In this document: positions 36,860 to 49,674 of the stretch, in pieces
How the letters are laid out: the number at the start of each line of letters is the position of its first letter
Position numbering within the stretch: the stretch's first letter is position 1
Source of the DNA: Vicugna vicugna
Taxonomy: Eukaryota
Reading direction: 5' to 3'
NCBI GenBank assembly: GCA_013265495.1
Contig: MU057521.1
Location: forward strand, 62,001 to 126,000
DNA: 64,000 nucleotides
Notes under the pieces: generated by a model
What the model was told of the DNA's origin: nothing
Database searches by the model: none
Seen by the model: only the letters and a program-made list of their open reading frames with translations
Program-made: the position numbers and the translations under genes

Positions 36860-38780
36860 TCAGAATTTCCCCCACAGTAAGTCCTGCAGTCCTACTTGAG
36901 TGTCCCAGTCAGTTCACCCTCCCACTCTCCTATAAACTACTCATATCGTCTCTCTCTCTCATCAAACCTTCCATAGCTCCTCCTTCCGCCACTCTCTGCT
37001 GCTGACCTTTGTTCCCTAGAAATTGTAAACATTTGGAAAATAACTTCCACCAGCTCCCTCCTCCCGACCCGCCCTCCTTGCCTGCATCCGTACCCATATT
37101 CTCTGCCTGGCCATGTATGACAATGGATACACCGTGTGTGCTGCTGTCCAAGGTCAGCTCCTCTCGGGTCTGTGTTGTAGCCGTCTTCTCTTTCTCTCCA
37201 ACATCAATTTTTCATCAGGGTTTCAATCTGCTGTAATAGTTCACTGACTGCAAATCACTTTACAGCTGCCATTCCACTTCCCTGTCACTATTCAAATTGC
37301 CTTCTCTGCTCATTGTTGTCTCTTCTGCTCTGTTCTCTGGAACCCTTTCTCATCAGGCTGTTACCTACTTAGACATTGTTGCCAAGGTCCCTGTTGACTG
37401 CTCCCTACCCCAGGGTCATTTCTCTGTCCATCTGCCTTTCTCCCTCAGCAGTATTTGATACATGGACCCCTCCCCCCTTTTTGGGAAACACTTTCTTCAT
37501 TGGACCTCTTGTACACTGCTCTTTTTTTTTTAGGTTCCCTCCTATTTCACTGACTTCTCCTTCTGAGTCACTATTACCGGTCCTCCTCATCTTCCTATCT
37601 TTTACATTTTGTAGTTCTACAAGGATCAGTACTCATTTTCCTTCTCTTCTCTGGCCACAGTTACTGCCAGGTGGTCTCCCTCATTGACATTTAATTATAT
37701 ACATATGCACGCGCACACACACACACACACATAATTATTTTATGTATGTACATATTCAGAATAGCTCCTTCCTCTTCAACTTCTCACTTAACTCCAGGCT
37801 GATATATCTCACTTCCTATTTGGATATCTATACATATACCAAATTCAACATTTCTAAAACCAAACCGTTGATTTGAATTTTCATCATCCCACTCACCCCC
37901 ATAGACACATTTTCCACACCTTGTTCTCATGCAGTCTTCCCCACCTCAGTAAGTAGAAACTACAATTCATTGGTTTTTCCAGCTTAAAAAAAAAGATTTA
38001 TATTTGGCTCCTCACTTTCCCTTATGTCTCCTACAGAATCCAGGAGGGGCTCCTATTGGCTTTCCCCTCAGAATGTTTCCCTAATCTGACATCTTCTCAC
38101 CACCCCGACTCTTACCACTGGAGTCAGAGTGCCCTAGTCTCTCAGTTGGATGATTGCAGTGGAATCCCAGCTGTGCTTTGGCTCCTGCCATTACCATCCT
38201 ATGGTCCTTTCTTAACACAGCAATGGGTTTCATCCTTTAAAACCTAAATCAGCTCACCTCACTTCTCCAGTGCCTCTCGCGGCTCCATCTGTCTTGCTCA
38301 AATTTCAGGACAAAGTCCTTAAAATGTCCTGTGAGGTTCTACACAGTCTAGCGTCCTGTTAACCTCACTGACCTCATCTCCTGCTCTCCCTCAGGCTCCT
38401 TCCTCTCCTGGAAACCCACCCTGGTCTTCTGTGGTTCCTTGAACACATCCAGCAAGTCCCCAGGCATCAGGACTTTGGCCGTTGACTTTCCTAGAATTCC
38501 CTCGCCCCACCTTTCCAGATAGCCATATTACTCACTTCCTCACTCATTCTGGTCTCTGCTCCACCATCATCTCATTAGAACAGTCTGTCTTGATGGCCCT
38601 GTGTAACACAGCACTTCCCTCCCTCCACCACCCTCCTCTTTCTCTCACCAGAACTTCATGACTTGCCATCACCTGACATAGTTTATGTTATTTATTTGTT
38701 GTCTGCCTTCATCAGCTAGAATAAAAGCTACATGTTAGCAGGAACGTGACATATTTTGGTCATTGCTGTACGCCCCATTT
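36860..38780 (+). mobile_element. Long L2 LINE remnant (RT region to 3' end)
   Basis: Pyrimidine-rich + strand. ORF 37376-37687 has LSPSAVFDT (L2 RT motif LDLSAAFDT). L2 3' motifs ctagaataaaagctacatg...aggaac, with terminal gtaggtgctcagtaa resuming at about 39088. Confidence 0.88.
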
Positions 38781-38786
38781 TGAAGT

Positions 38787-39073
38787 TGTAATCTGCTTCT
38801 CCATCCCTGGGGCCAAACCACATCATTTGGCCCATGCACCAAACCAACAACCCCATGCAGATAAGCTCTTCCTGAGCCCAGCAGCAGGACCTGTCAGCCA
38901 AAGTTGACCCTGAGCCCTGTCCCTGGTAGGCTGGGCCGCCAGCATGCCTGCCCTGACTTGACTCTCAGGGGTCCACATCTCCTCCAGGGGGATATCCTCT
39001 CCCTAATCCTCATATACAAACCTTGGCTGAATTAATGTTTCTAAGTAAATATCTTTTAAATGTGCCTGTAACA
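38787..39073. mobile_element. LTR-like insertion interrupting the L2 3' end
   Basis: GC-richer segment bounded by TGTAA...TAACA that splits the L2 terminal sequence. Family not recognised, no clear TSD. Confidence 0.4.
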
Positions 39074-40039
39074 TCACTAGAAATGTGGTAGGTGCTCAGT
39101 AATTATTATAAGCAAAATAGACTAATATTCTTAACTAAATATTTGAAGAATCACAATAAAACACACTCATATAACTATAGAGCTACAATACAAATAGTTT
39201 GTTTAGAAGGTCAGTCGGGCAATATTGTAAACCACATAGTGTGTTTTGAGCAGGGATCATGCTTAGAAAACCCCTGATGCGCCATTCTACACTTTTCCAA
39301 TGAGCTGGAGTTTTACCAACTCATAGATTCCTTGAGAGAAAAGTCTGCTGCAGTGTCACAAATTTAACTTTATATACTTTAATGAGAATAAAAGCAAACT
39401 GAAAACAAATTCTGTATAACTCACTGCTGTCATTTTTTATTTTGGAACTTAACAATTCATCACAAAGCTTTTAGTAAATAAATGTTGCTTCAAGAAATCA
39501 TACATTTATGGAAGTGTTTAACTTTGAGCTATGATGAATATGAAGGGTTTATGATCTGGCTTGGTTGTCAGATGATTTATGTTTTGTTTGGAGGGAAAAT
39601 ACAAACTTTTAAGAATAAGTATAAGCCATCGTTGCAACAGTACATCAATTTGAAATGCGGAAATCACTTGGAGGAATACATAAACAATGACACTTAAATA
39701 TAAAAATAAAATTGTTGAGAAGATGCGATTAATTGGAAATTTATATTTATTATCATAAGTTAGATAGGGCCTGTGTAGCTTCTTATATATCCTGAGTCCT
39801 AATTCTACATATTTGACAACTAAGAAATTTTATTCTAACTTAAATACAGTCTCAGAAAGACTATTATTTTTAGCAAGTTCTTTTCTCACCAGTGTCTCAG
39901 GAGAAGTCTACTGGGGAAAGTTCTGGGTGGCTTTTTTTAATCTGGATTACAACCCCCTCTTCTCAATTATCTACATAACTCACCTTTCTTTCCTTAATAT
40001 TTTATGCTTGTATACCTTGTATATAAAAAGCCTCGGTTA

Positions 40040-40230
40040 AAGGGGTGATAACGGTTATTTAGAACAAATCAGAAATGTGTTCAGTTAATTTCTGAAAACT
40101 GACTAGGTTTATGATCTTGGATAACTTACTTAACTTCAATGTAACTGAGCATCTTTATTTGTAAAATGTGTATAATCCAATGCCAGAGGGTTGTCTTCAG
40201 GATGAGATTAGATTAATATAGTAAATATTT
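40040..40230 (+). mobile_element. MIR SINE
   Basis: atgatcttggataacttacttaacttc...tttatttgtaaaatg...agggttgtcttcaggatgagattaga. Confidence 0.72.
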
Positions 40231-40254
40231 AAGTGGAATTAACTGGTCTCTCCA

Positions 40255-40555
40255 CTATATAGCTTATCAAAGGGTGGTGAGGGGCATGCCCCTCTGCTGG
40301 CTTCCCTGGTAACTGATGAGTTAGCCTGATGTCAATTCCCCTTGCAACTGGTAGCCTCCCCTCCTTCCTTAGAGTGAAGACCACCACTATGTCTGCCGCA
40401 CACAGTGGGGTGTCGCTCCGGACCTTGCTTCATACATGTAAGATCTCCCTAGCCATTAAACCATTGGTGTCCCTGTTGCTGACTCTGGGCTCTTTCTTCC
40501 ATCTTGAAGCTGGGCATGTACAGGGCTTGCAGGGCTGTGGGGTCCAGCCCAGCAA
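40255..40555 (+). mobile_element. ERV LTR 3' portion
   Basis: GC-richer block with ATTAAA poly(A) signal followed by a GT/pyrimidine-rich U5-like segment (ccattaaaccattggtgtccctgttgctgactctgggctctttc). Confidence 0.6.
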
Positions 40556-41399
40556 CTTTACTGGGAAACGTGACATGTCCCAGAGCTTCACCTTTGTATT
40601 TTACACATTAAGCTCCATCTGCTTCACCTCAGAGGACAGACACATCACAATTTTCTGTAGGGTCTTGGTCATGAGTAACGAGCTGTCTTCCTAGCTGCTT
40701 GCTCCAAGGCTGGGCCCTTCTGAGGCAGCCACAGTTTCTCTGAAAGGCCTAGAACATATCATTTAGCTTATGAAGCTTATGAGGATGGCTGTCTTGTGAA
40801 AAACAACAATTTAACAGCAAAACAACAAATGAAACAAAAGCTAGAAATTTATAAAACAAAGTGTACATTTTGTCTATTTGGAAGATTCAAGGACTTACTC
40901 CTAAACATATCTAGGAGAAATTTTTAAATTGGGGGGCTGAAAAAGAAACTGTCAGAAAGAAAACACAGATACAAACACATAGGCACACACAAACACAGAC
41001 TAATTGGAAAGGAAGAAATATCAGGCTTTGTTAGACTATTGGATTACAAAAGTAACAAACAAAGATGCAACAGATAGTTTTTACAGGACGTGTTGTGACA
41101 CAAACATCTCTAGCTCATGAAGTTGGTATTAGCGTGTATGTAATAAAATACATTATTCAGAGACTTAAATAATATTTTACTTCTATTCCCTTCATAAAAA
41201 CAACCACTACAGAGCAAACACAATGCTCATAGATCGAATGAAGATAGAGGTAGACACAATGCAAACATAGACAGAGACATGAAGGGAGACACAGAGAAAG
41301 ATACAGATATGGGTATAGATACAGATACAGGTAAAGGTAAGTACAGTAGTTGCCTGGGAGATGAGAAGCTTAAAGCTATCCAACAGTTTTTATTTTTTT

Positions 41400-43205
41400 A
41401 AAACAATTTATACAGTAAAAGGCAAAGGATAGAAAATAAGGTTGCATGAAATACGAGAACAGTATAAAACAATGAAATAAAAGAAGACCAAATATATTCT
41501 TTTAAAAATTAAATGTAAAAAATAAAACATGCCTGTTGAAAGATAAATGCTATTAGTGTCAAATAACAAAATCTAGGTATTTGAATGTTTATCAAGAAAT
41601 GAAATGCTACAGAAAGTTAGCATGAGGCACAGGTGTAAGGTGTTAATAATAGAAGAAACTGGACTTGGGATATATGGGGACCATTTATACTGTGCTTGTT
41701 GTTTTTCTGTAAATCCAGAATTGGTCTAACATTTAAAAACTATTGAAAAAATAGAAAATTACTCCATACATTGCTTTGAAACTTTACTGTTGTTTTGTAT
41801 AGCAATATATTATAGAATGTTTTCCCATTTAACACATACAGAGGTACAGAATTATTTGTAATCCTTGCAGAGCAATTTGTTGTATAATACAGTAACATTT
41901 ATTTTAAAAATCCTTTCCTGAGTTTTATATATCTGAAGCAATGTTGTGGTGAAATATCTTGCACACAAGCATTTTCTGCTCTGCTAGTTTGGAAGGATAT
42001 ACATCAGAACTATTGATGGATGAAAATGTGAAAGTTGTGCTTATTTTTATGTTCATAATTTTCTGTAGTTTCTCAATTCTTTGTACTTTTAGGATGTATT
42101 TTATAACCGAAAGAGTCTGTGATAAATATTTTCTTATAGTCACATATATATATGAGTTATTTTGTGTATGAAATGAAATATATTGTATAATAAAAATAGT
42201 GGTATATTGAAAAAGTAAAACAGGCAGGTGCCTCAGTCTCATATAACATTGTGTCAAACGTATTAAACAAAAACTTTTAGAAGACGACCTAAACTTGGCA
42301 ATCACTATTGGCTTTCTAATTTAACTCTGTGTGTTTCCACATAGTACAAGCAAGCGAGTAATAACCACATGGAGAAACTGGGAAATGTATTTCACATAAT
42401 TAGTTTCATATAAATATATAAATAGTTAATACAGTTAATTTCATGTAATTAAGAGATATATCCTCAGCGCCTTCTTTCAAGTGCTAAGACTGTTCATTGA
42501 ATTTGATGACATGTTAAGCCACATATATAAGACATTTATAAAATCTTGAAGAGATGAAACCATAAAGACCAAACTTATACAAACATCAGTAGCAGCCCAC
42601 TCGGCTGTTTAAATCTCCTATACGTAATTCATAGTTTTAAATGCTGTTATTAAATCAGAAAAAAGCATAAAATTAATATCCAATTAGAAATTAGGAAAAA
42701 GTAAAATAAATCCAAGGAAATCACATTGAAAGAATCAATGATACCTAAAAATAAAAATCCTGTACAGTAAGTAAATGAAACCGCTGGCCTTTAAAAACAC
42801 CATTACAATACACATCCTTTGGTGAGGGTAATTAAGAGACAAGGACAGCAAATCTAAATTCAAGCATTAGTTAAAAAAAATATTTACCAGAATATGGAGA
42901 ATTTAAGATGATTAATTTTAATGAGAATATCTTGGTGAAATTACTCTTCAGCACTCTTCAAATATAGCTTAATTTACCAAAATAGACTCAAGAAGTAAAA
43001 AATTATGAGTAGACTACTTTTTCCATTTTAAGCAGACTTTCTCTAAAAATTGCAGCTTGCAAAATTTTACATGTGAATTTACACAGACCCATAAGACTGT
43101 CTTTTCTGCACTGTGTTTACTGTTTTAGTTCATAAAGGAAGAATGCATCCCCAATTTTTCCATTGAAATGACATAACTCTTATATCCAAACTGAAAAAGA
43201 CAATA
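41400..43205. mobile_element. Mosaic of old L1 fragments in both orientations
   Basis: L1MC-like 3' end at 41625-41750 (aggatgttaataatag-like...ttttctgtaaatc), antisense L1 at about 41780-42200, degenerate sense ORF2 at about 42450-43205. Confidence 0.6.
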
Positions 43206-43209
43206 GTTA

Positions 43210-43586
43210 TCAGGCACCTGACTTTCTTTGCACAGTCGTGTACCCAGCCATGAGCTGAAGCTCACTCACATCCCCAAAACCTGTTCTCCGCTTGGCCAGC
43301 TACTGCCAACCAGCTCAGAGGCAGGCCAACTGATAAACTTCTGTGTCATCTAGTGGGCTGCAGCCACACTTTCTCCAGTGAAATCTGATCCCTAACATTG
43401 GGAAGAAGGTCTTCTTTCAAGATTTTCATTCCCTGGGTATGCTCCCTCAGTCCTTGCATATTGTGCAGAATTCTCTTACATTTAACAGTTACTCTTAAAG
43501 TCTAATAATTCTTTATATTTAAACTTCACTGTGATATTTAAATTACTGTGTGGCTTCTGTCTCCTGATTGGACCCAGACTGATACC
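43210..43586 (+). mobile_element. ERVL-class LTR 3' portion
   Basis: Ends ctgtgtggcttctgtctcctgattggacccagactgatac, a typical ERVL LTR U5 terminus. Confidence 0.65.
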
Positions 43587-43694
43587 TGCGGCTACCTTAA
43601 TTTTGGTACCCTATTCAGTGAACTCTGTGATAACCATCAGGCAGGATTATTTTAACCACAGGCTTTTTTTTTTTTAAGAAAAAAAGCTATCTTT

Positions 43695-44001
43695 TGCCAA
43701 GTGGGTGGGGTGGGAAGGGATAGACTGGGAATTCAAAATTTATAGATACTGACAGGCATATGTAGAATAGATAAACAAGCTTGTATGATATAGCACAGGG
43801 AAGTATATACAAGATCTTGCGGTAGCTCACAGCGAAAAAAAATGTGACAATGAATATATATATGTTCATGTATAACCGAAAAATTGTGCTCCACGCTGGA
43901 ATTTGACACAACATTGTAAAATGACTATAACTCAATAAAAAGTGTTTAAAAAATAAAATAAAATAAAATACCAGCTATAGTGATAATAACAAAAAAAAAA
44001 G
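43695..44001 (+). mobile_element. Young 5'-truncated L1 3' end (camelid-type)
   Basis: gggtgggaagggatagactgggaattcaaaat...caataaaaagtgttt plus an A-rich tail. Exact TSD aaaaaagctatcttt at 43680-43694 and 44002-44016, at a TT/AAGA site. Confidence 0.95.
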
Positions 44002-44010
44002 AAAAAAGCT

Positions 44011-44935
44011 ATCTTTATTGAGGGATAATTGACATACAAACTTTGTATATGTTTAAGGTGTACGACTTGATGTTTTGATATATATGCATTGTGAAATGAT
44101 CACCACAAGCAAGCCAAGTATTATATCCATCACCTCAAAATAGTTACCATTCCCTTTTTATGTGTGATTGACGACAATTTAATAGTTACCCTCTTAGCAA
44201 ATTTCAAGTATACAATATAGCATTGTTAACGATAGTCACCATGCTGTATATAAGATCTCTAGACTGGTCTTCTATAACTGGAACCTTGTGTCATTTCACC
44301 AGCATCACCTTGTTTCCCCATCCTCCAAGCCCCTGACAACCACTATTCTATTCTCTGCTTGTATGAGTTCGACTACACCCACACCCCCCATCCCCACACT
44401 TAGATTTGAGATCTCTATTTCTGTAGTTTCAGTTACCCTCAAGGAACTGTGATCTGGAAATAGTAAATGGAAAATTCCAGAAATAAGTAACTCGTAAGTT
44501 TTATATTGCATGCCGTTCTGAGTAGTGTGGTGAAATCTTGCGTCAACTCAGCTCGTCCCATAATGTGACTCTTCCTTTGTCCAGGGTATCCGGGCTGTGT
44601 GTTTTATTCCCCACTTAGTCATTTCGTGGTCGTCCCATCATCAGAGTGACTGTTGTGGTATCATAGTTTTTTCGTTCAAGTAACCCTTGTTTTAATAATG
44701 CCCCCAAAGTGCGAGAGTAGGCATTCAGATATTCTCTTATTGTGCTTAATTTATTTATAAAGTAAACTTTATCATAGGTATGCATGTATAGGAAAAAACA
44801 TCGTATACGTCAAGTTGGGTACTATTCGTGGTTTCAGGAATCCACTGGGTGTCTTGGAAAGTATTCCCTGGGGATAAGGGAGGATAGTGGTGTTTTAGAT
44901 TCCATATCTAGAGAGAGATCATGTGGTATTTCTTT
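44011..44935 (-). mobile_element. L1MA-like 3' UTR, interrupted by a MITE at about 44375-44890
   Basis: tttattgagggataattgaca...gtgaaatgatcaccaca...ctctgcttgtatgagttcgact | ttttagattccata...gagatcatgtggtattt joins collinearly across the MITE. Confidence 0.88.
44375..44890. mobile_element. Tigger-derived MITE, MER44-like
   Basis: gtttcagttaccc...aaatggaaaattccagaaataag...gccgttctgagtagtgtggtgaaatc...ggtttcaggaatccactgggtgtcttggaa...ggataaggg; starts after a TA. Confidence 0.88.
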
Positions 44936-47663
44936 TTTTAAAATTAAATACAAAAATAGACCAAATTATCACAAAATATATTTTGAATCAATTGACTTCT
45001 AAAGTTTACTTTCTTCTATTCCCCAGTTTTCAATCAGCTTCAGTTTCATACTTTTCTCAGTTAGCAGGAATCTTAATTTCAACCTCCCAATATTCCAAAC
45101 CCCAAGTGTGTTCAGGATCCCTGGGTGGAGGGTGGGACTGTGTAGTAGAAGTTCTTATGGGAGTAGGGCTTCCACTGTTATTTCAGTATTTTCATAACCT
45201 GTATTGTGATATTTCAGAACTGGCTGAATATAAGCCCTGATTATTATCCGTACTGTCCCTGTATGAATGTGTAGGAAATGTATGAATTTGAAATGAGCAG
45301 CAGGAAAGACACTGAAGTTTAAATTTGTTCAAATAAACCTCAGATATAGACAAGGAATATGAATGAGCAGTAAATGAAGGAAAATAAAATATCTGTCCAG
45401 ATGAACAAAATCTTTTCTCATTCCCATTTTTGAAATTATAAGCCATATTTATATTTTCTAAAAATCTAGTCTTTGTAAATTTTCTGAGAAGCCAACACAT
45501 TTTTTTTTCCAGCAGAAGATTTTTAACTGTCTACAAGAACAGAGAAAATCTTGACCTGTACGACCATGCTTTTTTATTTACCTTTCTGAAATCCCAAAAC
45601 ATCAAGCCTGTAGAACTCAGGCAACAAAAAGAAGGGAAAGCTGTGTGTTGCCTGATAGGAAAAAAAATGGAGCTTCTGAGAGAAAAGTGGTGATTTCCCA
45701 TCATGAATTCAGAAACTTCTTTGTCTAAAGTCAGAAAGTAGAAAAATTGATTGTATCATCCAGAATAAGATTCACAATCGCCCATTTTTATATCTTCAGA
45801 TCGTATTACTGAGACTCAAAGCTGACGCGTAGGACGAAACCTGCAAATGACACAAATGTCTCTAACAAAGGAAAACATTAGTCTCCCCTCTTTCAATATT
45901 CAGATATTGCCCTTGGATGGAACTGAGGATTCTTGTGAGTTAATAGAAAATAAGTAAACTGATTGTATTCATGAGGTTTCCGCTATGGACTTCAGTGGAA
46001 ATGAAATAAAGGCCACTTTGTCACTGTCATGAAGCAACCAATAAATCATGCACCCAGAAATAGGTAGTACATTTCAACTAATGTTGTCCATCACACGCAC
46101 TGTTTCAGAAATCAAGATTCTTAGCTGTGGATGGAAGTGTCAGCAGGCAGTCAGCAATGGGCATGTTTTCGGAATAGAAAATCACCCTCATGCTGTGCAC
46201 TGTTAACTCATACATGCTATTTCCTGGAATCTTTTAAGCGCTGTGTATTTGTTGCCTTTGAATGTGGTTTTGTGAGGTGTTATCACATGGTGTTCCCTGA
46301 AATTCAATCTTAGAGCCATCAGTTTCACCACATTAAAGTGATAAAATAGTTTCTGCTGCTTCTCATCTTACTGCTTTACCTGAGTGCATTACCAAGGGGT
46401 GGTATGCCCACTTACGAATCTATCCACGCATGTAAGCCGTTAGCCATAGAGGTAAAATGATGACAATTTTAGCATAGTGCCATTCACTCGCTGCATGGAT
46501 TTTTAGGTCCCTGTAAACTTCAAACTGTTTTCCTTATAAAAATAGTTGTAAAGTTTAGAGAGGCAAACTGTTTTTGTTATTACTGACACTCCCACAGAGT
46601 TGTCAGTTTCTTTAACCTTGAGCAGGGTGCCCTGATCTTACAGGTTTAAAAACAATCCAGGCATTCACAATGGCTTAAAAGAATGAATGGGTGGCTTCAT
46701 ACATGTCAGAACCCTGACCACCTGTTCTTTTGCATGCAATCATTTCTTTTTCATGACATCACTGCTGGACAAGGACGTTAGAAATATATTCCTCTTTAAG
46801 AATGGGGCGTTGTAGTGCTCTGGAGTTAAGTAAACGAGCATTTTTAATCCAAGCTCCACCACTTACTCATGTGAATAGCCTCATCTCCTTTGTGCCTCAC
46901 CCCTCAAGTGGAGAAAAATGTCATCCCTCTTACAGGGCTGTTTTGACGGCTAAGTGAAAGCATAGGGCATGCAAACGATATGCTCCTCCAAGTAGTGATG
47001 GGAAGTTAGACGCAGTGCAACGTGCATCAGTAATATCACAAAACAGTGTATCCATCTGAGCCCTGTGGCCGTGAACCTTAGCCAGTTGCCACAAGCCAAT
47101 CCTACGCGAATTGATGCACAAGTTCTTAGCATATTGTGATAACTCCTATCCTATACGTAGGAAGAATGTAGATAGGAGTTGAGTTCCTGCTGGGTGCCAA
47201 GCATTGTCCAAGGCTTCTTCTATGAAGACTGCACTTATTTAACTTTGTATAGAGACAGCAGTGTCAGCAGTCATGCATTTTACAGTTAGGAGAACTCCAA
47301 CTATTGATGAGGGAGAGCTTGTCTGTGATCTTCAGTTTGCCTGCACCTGGCATACGCCCAGGGAAGATCCTGGAAAAGTCCTAGGAGGTGGCAGGATTCC
47401 AGACTTGCTCTCCTTCCCTCTAGGGAATCTTCTAAACAGAGAAGACTAGAATGTGATGGCAACAAGCATGACTGTGTCTGGGGTGTGCACAGCCACCAGC
47501 TACAGTGTGGCAACACCCCAGCAATGCTGCCATCTCCTAATATTTGGGGAACCTTTTTATTGTTTCTCTGTCGTCTTTCCCTTGAATATCACACTTATAT
47601 CATGGGCATATATTCAAGTATAATGATTGTTTTGTATACATTTAATGGAATAGTTCATTTTTT

Positions 47664-48293
47664 AAACATTTTTTATTGATTTATAATCCTTTTACAATGT
47701 TGTGACAAATTCCAGCATGGAGCACAATTTTTCAGTTATACATGAACATGTATATATTCATTGTCACATTTTGTTCCTCCGTGAGCTACCATAAGATCTT
47801 GTATATATTTCCCTGTGCTATACAGTATAATCTTGTTTATCTATTCTACAATTTTGAAATCCCAGTCTATCCCTTCCCACCCCTCACCCCCTTGGCAACC
47901 ACAAGTTCATATTCTATGTGTATGAGTCTATTTCTATTTTGTATTTATGCTTTGTTTGTGGGTTTTTTTTTTTAGATTCCTCATATGAGCAATCTCATAT
48001 GGTATTTTTCTTTCTCCTTCTGGCTTACTTCACTTAGAATGACATTCTCCAGGAGCATCCATGTTGCTGCAAATAGCGTTATGTTGTCAGTTTTTATGGC
48101 TGAGTAGTATTCCATTGTATAAATATACCACATCTTCTTTATCCAGTCATCCGTTGATGGTCATTTAGGCTGTCTCCATGTCTTGACTATTGTAAATAGT
48201 GCTGCTATGAACATTGGGGTGCAGGTGTCATTCTAAAGTAGGGTTCCTTCTGGATGTATGTCCAGGAGTGGGATTCCTGGGTCAGACGGTAAG
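47664..48293 (-). mobile_element. Young 5'-truncated L1 (ORF2 C-terminus and 3' UTR)
   Basis: Antisense L1 (catccatgttgctgcaaat...gctgagtagtattccattgt). Exact 18-bp TSD tggaatagttcatttttt at 47646-47663 and 48294-48311. Confidence 0.96.
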
Positions 48294-49069
48294 TGGAATA
48301 GTTCATTTTTTGATGCAAACAAATATTTATCCTCCCATATTGTCTGGTTTAGTCATAGAAAAGTATACATATTTGCATTTTTCCGTATTGTGTTTTTGAT
48401 TTCTAGTAAAAAAAAGTTAATTCTTTGGAGACCACATACATTACATTGTATGAACTTTACTATTAATTGTTGTTTGATAACAACTAATTGCTATTTATAT
48501 TATTATCTAAAGAATCGATGACTTTGTTTTTATTATTACTGTATGTATTCACTAGAATGTAAAAGAATAAATATCAATGTCTCCAGCAAAACTTAGGACA
48601 GAGACAAAATGGATCTTGTCCCATTACAAATAATGAAATGTTAAATAAAATATAAAAACAAACACTTTAAATGTATAGCTGAGTTGTACAGAAAAAAATT
48701 GAGTGCTAGAAATAGAAAAGACACTCAAAAGAGTAGAACTGATGGTTTTGCAAACCCTGAAAGTGAGAAGGAGGTGGCAGGACCAGATGTAAACCCTGGA
48801 AATTTGGAACAGAGGTTCAGACTCCACTGGACTTGTTAAGTCTTAGATCCTAAAACCCTAACTAAAACTGTAGGGCTAGAACCTTGAGATGCTCCCTCTT
48901 CGGTGAAAATGAGCATGGAAAAAAAATCTTCTCACCAGCCTCGAAAGGTTGAAAGGAAGCTTGTAATTTGCCTGAGGTACAGGCTGGCATTGGGGAGACG
49001 GACGCCTTTTCAAGTTGAAAGCTCAAAAAAATGTGACACATGAGTGACTTTCAAATTCACACTATCAAT

Positions 49070-49670
49070 CAATGGGGTACATGTTAGTAATAGAATAAAA
49101 GAGAAAACACATGATCATCTCAAAAGCTTCAGAAAAAGCATCTGACAAAATCCAACACCTTTTCATAATAAAAACACTCAGTGATCCAGGCATAGGCAAG
49201 AATTTCCTCAACCTGATAAATGTGATAGGTGAAGAGAGCCTCGGCTAATGTCATACTTAATGGTGAAAGACTGGGTGTTTTCCTACCTGTATCTGGAAGA
49301 AGATGAGGATGTTCACTGCCCCACTTCTGTTCAACAATATACTGCTATTGCTGGGGTCAGGATCTAGTCAGGGCAAGAAAAAAAAACCAGGAATACAGAC
49401 TATAAAGAAAAAAAGTTAGACTATGTTTGTAGGTGACATGACATGATCTTGTGTATAGAAAATACCAATAAATCTACCCAAGTACGTCTCTTAGTGCTAA
49501 TAAAAGAGTTCATCAAAGTATCAGGATACAAGATCAATATTTTAAAAATCATTGTATTTCTGTACAATGGCAATGAACAATTCAAAAATAAAATTGAGAA
49601 AATGACTAAATTTACAGTGGTATCAAAAGGAATCAAGTACTTGGAAATAAATTTAAGACAAACAGATGAG
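49070..49670 (+). mobile_element. L1 ORF2 reverse-transcriptase fragment
   Basis: ORF 49443-49685 (MILCIENTNKST...LIKEFIKVSGYKINILK...FLY...IKYLEINL) is L1 RT immediately after the FADD motif. Upstream is catgatcatctc...agaaaaagcatctgacaaaatccaacac. Confidence 0.9.
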
Positions 49671-49674
49671 GAAG

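Noticed and set aside
27100..41340. Shared 14-mer aatgcaaacataga near 27161 and 41258
   Set aside because: Both lie in degenerate (AGATAC/ATAGAC)-type hexamer simple repeats, so the similarity can be convergent.
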